A stretch of 64,000 bases of DNA from an uncultured cyanobacterium (GTDB lineage: Bacteria > Cyanobacteriota > Cyanobacteriia > Cyanobacteriales > Nostocaceae). Each line of letters starts with the position of its first letter. The stretch's first letter is position 1. Shown here one piece after another: positions 59,154-64,000 of this stretch. The position numbers and the translations under genes are program-made. The notes beneath the pieces were generated by a model that was given only the letters and a program-made list of their open reading frames with translations, was not told where the DNA came from and did no database searches. Where the stretch lies: contig OY970166.1 in NCBI GenBank assembly GCA_963706595.1, positions 2,048,001 to 2,112,000 on the forward strand, in the 5' to 3' direction.

Positions 59154-60738
59154 ATGGCAATTATTGTTGGTACAAGTCTGGATGATATCTTAAATGGTAC
59201 GGCAGGCAATGATCTGATTAGAGGACTTGCGGGTAACGATGTTCTGAATGGAGGCGATGGAAACGACGAGCTGGATGGCGGTAGTGGTGCAGATATAATG
59301 AATGGTGGTGCTGGAAATGATATATATTACGTTGATAATCCCGGTGATGTCGTAAATAATGATGGTGGTTCTGCAACAATCAATACTACTATCAATTTTA
59401 ATTTGAGTTCAGTGCAGGGAACATCAACAAAATTGAATCTATTCCTGCGTACTAATGGGATTACGGGAACTGGCTCGTCAGGGGACGACTTGATTTTGAG
59501 TTACGCCAATAACACCACTCTCATCGGTGGTGATGGTAGTGATGTTTTAAAAGGGGGAACTGGATCGACTCTCCGGGGTGGAAACGGTAATGATATTTTA
59601 GAGATTACTAATGGGAATACAGGTGTTTTGAGAGGAGGTGCTGGAAATGATACTTACAACGTTTTTAATACCAATGGGAATTTAGTTATAGACGAATATA
59701 TTGATGGTGGTGGTATCGATACGGTTTTTTCCCATGTTGACTTTAGTTTGTCAGATGGTCAACCAGGAGTCGATTTTGTTGCTTCCAATTTGATTGAGAA
59801 CCTGACTCTCGCTGTCCTAGATGGTGTGATACCTGGGGATAAATTGGGAGGTCCCATCACAGGTACAGGTAATATCGCTAACAATCAAATCATCGGTAAT
59901 CGTCGCGACAATTTTTTATATGGACTTGCTGGTAACGATACCATTTACGCTTCCTTTGGTGACGATTACATTGATGGCGGCTCTGGTAATGATAGTTTGT
60001 ACGGCGAAGTGGGAAATGATACGTTAGTTGGTGGTACTGGCGCTGACTACATGGAAGGTGGTATTGGAAATGACACTTACTTTGTTGACAATGCTGGTGA
60101 TTTAGTAGTTGAAGCTCTGGAAGAAGGCACGGATACTGTTTTTGTAAGTGCTACATGGAGTACAGACGCGGAAGTTGAAAACATTAATGTCACTGGAACG
60201 AATATTGTTAACATCACACTAACTAACACTGTTGGGACTGTTATTGACATAGATTCTAGTAATACTCGTAATAATATATTCATAGGTGGGTCTGGAGATG
60301 ACACTATGAATGGAAAAGTGGGTATTGACAGTCTCACTGGTGGCCTTGGTGCTGATACTTTTGAATTTGGTGGTGCAGGTTTAAGCGTCGCCAGGCTCTG
60401 GAAGTACTTCTATCAGACAGGATACAATTACAGACTTCAGTGGTTCTGCTGGACAAGGAGATCAGATTAAACTTCTATTATCTACTTTTGGGGCAGTATC
60501 ATTTACTGGTTCAGATTTGAATGCTACTGATTTTGTCGCAAGCAACTTTGGTAATCAAAATCTTGGTATGGGTGCTAGAAGTGAACGCATTGTTTACAAT
60601 ACATTTAATGGTTTCTTGTATTACAATGAAAACGGTAGCACTGCTGGCTCAGGAGCTAATGGTGGCTTCTTCGCAACAGTTCTTAGTGGAGGTTCACCAG
60701 TTGCTAGCCTAACAGCAGCAGACTTTATTGTTGCTTAA
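59154..60738 (+). CDS. RTX/hemolysin-type calcium-binding secreted protein, one frameshift near 60385
   Basis: Many GGxGxDxL nonamers; a shifted frame continues DTITDF...IVYNTFNGFLYYNENG...LTAADFIVA, a typical T1SS substrate C-terminus. Confidence 0.88.
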
Positions 60739-60820
60739 TCGTAGTATGAATGATCATAATCTAATGGTTATAGTAGACCGATAGATAGGCTTCAAAATTA
60801 AACGTCGATATTCACTTTTC

Positions 60821-60853
60821 AAATCCCCGACTTCGTGAAGAAGTCAGGGATTT
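60821..60853. terminator. Hairpin after the RTX gene
   Basis: AAATCCCCGACTTC..GAAGTCAGGGATTT followed by T-run. Confidence 0.55.
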
Positions 60854-60875
60854 TTAGCTAAATTCCTGAGCAATA

Positions 60876-62096
60876 ATGGCTATAGCACCTTATCATTGGA
60901 TATCCTGTCAAATTGGAGCGCGTGAAAATTACACTATCCCTAGAGCTTTACACCAGCAAGGACAACTGGCTCACTTCATTACAGATGCGTGGGTATCGCC
61001 TCAGTCTACACTGAATTTTTTGCCTAAGTCTGTCTTAGCTAATTTACGAGAAAGATACCACCCAGATTTAGAACAAGCATCTGTTCACGCTTTCAATGTT
61101 TCTTTAATTCAGTTTGAACTAACTCAAATTCTGCAAAAAAATACAGGTTGGGAACGAGTTATTGCTCGTAATCAATGGTTTCAAAAACAGACAATTAAGA
61201 CTTTAGCATCACTGGCTGACCAGTTGACAAAACCTGTGGCTGTATTTTCCTACAGCTATGCTGCTTTAGAGTTATTTAAGTTTGCTAAACAACAGGGCTG
61301 GTATACTGTTCTAGGACAAATTGATCCAGGACTTCAAGAGGAAATAATTGTCTCTCAAGAGTATGAGCGATACCCCCAATATCGTGGAAATTGGCAACCA
61401 GTAACTATTGAATATTGGCAAAAGTGGCAGGAAGAATGTAATATAGCTGATGCGATTGTGGTAAATTCTGAGTGGTCACGTCAACTTTTAGCAAAAACTG
61501 GTGTTGATTCTCAAAAGATTCATCTCATTCCCTTGGTATATACTCCACCAGAAGCAGCTAATAAATTTATCCGTACTTATCCAGAATCATTTTCTCAAGA
61601 GCGTCCTTTGAGGGTATTATTTTTAGGACAGGTGATTTTAAGAAAAGGAATTGCCGCTTTATTAGATGCAGTTCGACTGCTGGAAGGCTACCCTGTTGAA
61701 TTTTGGATAGTTGGAACTCAACAAATTAAGATTCCACCTCATTTACAAACCCATCCTCAAATTCATTGGGTAGGTCATGTTAACCGCAGTCAAACAGCCC
61801 AATATTATCAACAAGCTGATGTATTTTTATTCCCCACACTTTCTGATGGCTTTGGGTTAACGCAACTGGAAGCACAAGCATGGAAATTACCTATTATTGC
61901 TTCTCGTTGCTGTGGGAAAGTAGTTACAGATGCTGTGAATGGTTGGGTTTTGGATGAAGTTAGTGGGGAAGAAATTACTCATTTAATTAAGTCTATTTTG
62001 ATCAATCCGGGACAATTGTCATCCCTGTCTGATAGATTAGCTTCAACATGGCGGTGGAATCTTGCTAATCTATTTCAATCATTAGATAATATCTGA
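60876..62096 (+). CDS. Glycosyltransferase family 4
   Basis: GARENY, LRKG, DVFLFPTLSDGFGLTQLEA. Confidence 0.9.
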   Translation: MAIAPYHWISCQIGARENYTIPRALHQQGQLAHFITDAWVSPQSTLNFLPKSVLANLRERYHPDLEQASVHAFNVSLIQFELTQILQKNTGWERVIARNQWFQKQTIKTLASLADQLTKPVAVFSYSYAALELFKFAKQQGWYTVLGQIDPGLQEEIIVSQEYERYPQYRGNWQPVTIEYWQKWQEECNIADAIVVNSEWSRQLLAKTGVDSQKIHLIPLVYTPPEAANKFIRTYPESFSQERPLRVLFLGQVILRKGIAALLDAVRLLEGYPVEFWIVGTQQIKIPPHLQTHPQIHWVGHVNRSQTAQYYQQADVFLFPTLSDGFGLTQLEAQAWKLPIIASRCCGKVVTDAVNGWVLDEVSGEEITHLIKSILINPGQLSSLSDRLASTWRWNLANLFQSLDNI

Positions 62097-62422
62097 GAAT
62101 TGAAAAAATCATTCTGTGCTTTGCCAATCCTATATTCATTATTTCATAAATTCACTGAAAACGTAGGATTTTTTCTTCCTATATGTAGAAATTGAAAATA
62201 ATTAAATTGATTCCCTAAAAAAATATATTCTATATAAAACCCAATAAAAAAATTAAATCCAACTATAGGGCATACTTGATGTAATTGAGGCAAACAATGG
62301 CGGGCTTTTTTACGCAAACTACAGGATTTATCATATTCAGATGCGTGCTTCATTTATTTACAGATTGCTGTAAATTCCCAGCGATAAGGCATTTATTCTG
62401 AGTTTCACAAACTAATAAATTT

Positions 62423-63505
62423 ATGAAGACGTTAAACATTACTTTCTATTCTATTCTTCCTTCTCCCTATCAAATAGACCTTTTCTATGCTCTATCCCAA
62501 GTTCCTAATGTCAAGCTGAATGTATACTATCTTGAGGCAGCATATACTATTTACCCCTGGCCTAAAAAACCACTATATCCATACGAAAAAATCCTGCCAG
62601 GGTTTAATCTTAATTGGGGAACATCTAGATTTCATGTTAACTGGCATTTACCTAAAATCGAGCAATCAGACGTAGTTGTGATCAATGGCTACATGAATTT
62701 AACGGCTCAATTGCTGTTGAGATTGCAAGCTAAACAGGTTCCTTGTGTGTTTTGGGGTGAAAAGATAGTAGGTTCTGCTGGTGGCTTGAAAAGTAAACTA
62801 CAGAGGATATTAGCGCAAAGTTTGAAAGAATGCCAGGCGATCGCAGCCATCGGTTCACTAGCTGAAGCCGATTATCGCCAAAGATATCCTGGTAAGCTGA
62901 TTGTGAATATTCCCTATTACTGTGATCTCAGTACCTTTAGTCACAATCTACCTCAGCGCCCCCGCACACCTATGACAATCTTATTCTGTGGGCAAATGAT
63001 AGCTCGTAAGGGAGTTGATATTCTGCTGCAAGCTTTTCATCGCTTACTCGCATACGGTTTACAGGTGAGATTGCTTCTAGTAGGACAAGAAGCAGAACTA
63101 CCTCAAATGCTAGAATCACTACCAGAACAAACACGGCAAAATATTGAATATGCAGGCTTTCAAGCACCTGAAAATCTACCTGAATTTTTTCGCCAAGCAG
63201 ATTTGTTTGTATTACCCAGTCGTTATGATGGTTGGGGTGTGGTAGTAAACCAAGCGATTGGATCTGGTTTACCTATTGTTTGTTCAGATACAGTCGGTGC
63301 GGCCTATGATTTGATCAAACCCGGTAAAAATGGTTATTTATTTCCCTGTGGAAATGTTGATGCTTTGGTAGAAATTTTGAAAATTTATGTGCAGCACCCA
63401 AATAAAATTCAAACTGCCAGTGCAGCTTCAATTCAAACATCAGCATTAATTTCACCGACGGTTGGTGCTAAACTTTGGGTTGATCTGCTTCATAAATTAA
63501 GTTAA
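62423..63505 (+). CDS. Glycosyltransferase family 4
   Basis: PSPYQ, RKGVD, LFVLPSRYDGWGVVVNQA. Confidence 0.9.
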   Translation: MKTLNITFYSILPSPYQIDLFYALSQVPNVKLNVYYLEAAYTIYPWPKKPLYPYEKILPGFNLNWGTSRFHVNWHLPKIEQSDVVVINGYMNLTAQLLLRLQAKQVPCVFWGEKIVGSAGGLKSKLQRILAQSLKECQAIAAIGSLAEADYRQRYPGKLIVNIPYYCDLSTFSHNLPQRPRTPMTILFCGQMIARKGVDILLQAFHRLLAYGLQVRLLLVGQEAELPQMLESLPEQTRQNIEYAGFQAPENLPEFFRQADLFVLPSRYDGWGVVVNQAIGSGLPIVCSDTVGAAYDLIKPGKNGYLFPCGNVDALVEILKIYVQHPNKIQTASAASIQTSALISPTVGAKLWVDLLHKLS

Positions 63506-63547
63506 ATATTTTCCTGAATTTCTTGCTAAATAACTATATCTTTACTG

Positions 63548-64000
63548 ATGAATATTCCCACTAATTTACATTATCCCGAACCCAGACCACGATTAAATAA
63601 AATACGCGTAGCCAAACCAACATTTTCAGGAACATTGGCCTTGCTCTCTGGCTTGTTGATCGGATTCGTCAACATAAGTATAGACCAAATCCCCAGCCTT
63701 ATGGCGCGTCAAGTTGCCATTTTCGTAGCGATAGGAATTGGTATTAACATCTTCTTTGATAGTAAACGGGGATGGAAAAATTTATTTCGAGCCGATTTAG
63801 CTTGTATAGTAGCGCTGTATTTCTTAACATTAATTGAATTTTTATATCCACAAACAAATTTTAATCAACTTTTGACTCCTGAGCAAACTCAGCAGGCTCT
63901 AGACGTGCTATTGATAGGTTTTGGCGGTTTAGCAATTGGTCGTCATATCAACTTATTTAAGGCAACACCACCACAATGGTTAGATTTTGGTAACATCCCT
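63548..64000 (+). CDS. Partial multi-TM protein, probable Wzy-like polysaccharide polymerase
   Basis: Open from ATG 63548 to the window end; several hydrophobic segments; lies in the glycosyltransferase cluster. Confidence 0.55.
   Translation, partial: MNIPTNLHYPEPRPRLNKIRVAKPTFSGTLALLSGLLIGFVNISIDQIPSLMARQVAIFVAIGIGINIFFDSKRGWKNLFRADLACIVALYFLTLIEFLYPQTNFNQLLTPEQTQQALDVLLIGFGGLAIGRHINLFKATPPQWLDFGNIP

Noticed and set aside
62144..62353. 69-aa minus-strand ORF between glycosyltransferases
   Set aside because: AT-rich, no motif, opposite to the operon; cannot be supported
39698..64000. Identification as the heterocyst envelope polysaccharide (hep) island
   Set aside because: No hepA-type fused ABC exporter recognised; the content fits a general EPS/LPS locus

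Overview
Chromosomal window from a filamentous, Nostocales-like cyanobacterium, judged from abundant HIP1 GCGATCGC octamers, heptamer tandem repeats and typical genes. 0-2.8 kb: DUF29 gene, a decayed vapBC pair, and an intact IS630 stacked with three of its own ~105-bp MITEs at one TA site. 2.9-13 kb: capA-like gene, orphan CRISPR array (13 repeats, 12 spacers), PadR-RND efflux module and leuDC. 13-15 kb: islet with decayed mazEF, a HEPN gene and MITEs beside tRNA-Ser(CGA). 15-25 kb: core genes (proB, yqeG, ruvX, ubiA, ppx). 25.3-28 kb: five co-oriented genes for small secreted, N/Q/G/S/T-rich proteins sharing a curlin-like motif. This is the best candidate for an undescribed system, a putative functional-amyloid or fibre locus. 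28-39 kb: mixed genes (EamA, histidine kinase, LD-carboxypeptidase, Hsp70-like, uvsE, Fur paralogue). 39.7-64 kb: large surface-polysaccharide locus (wzc, wzm/wzt, cysC, pyruvyltransferase, about 11 glycosyltransferases, RTX protein, probable wzy). About nine single-base indels break otherwise intact genes and look like sequencing errors. All assignments come from reading motifs by eye; no searches were run.
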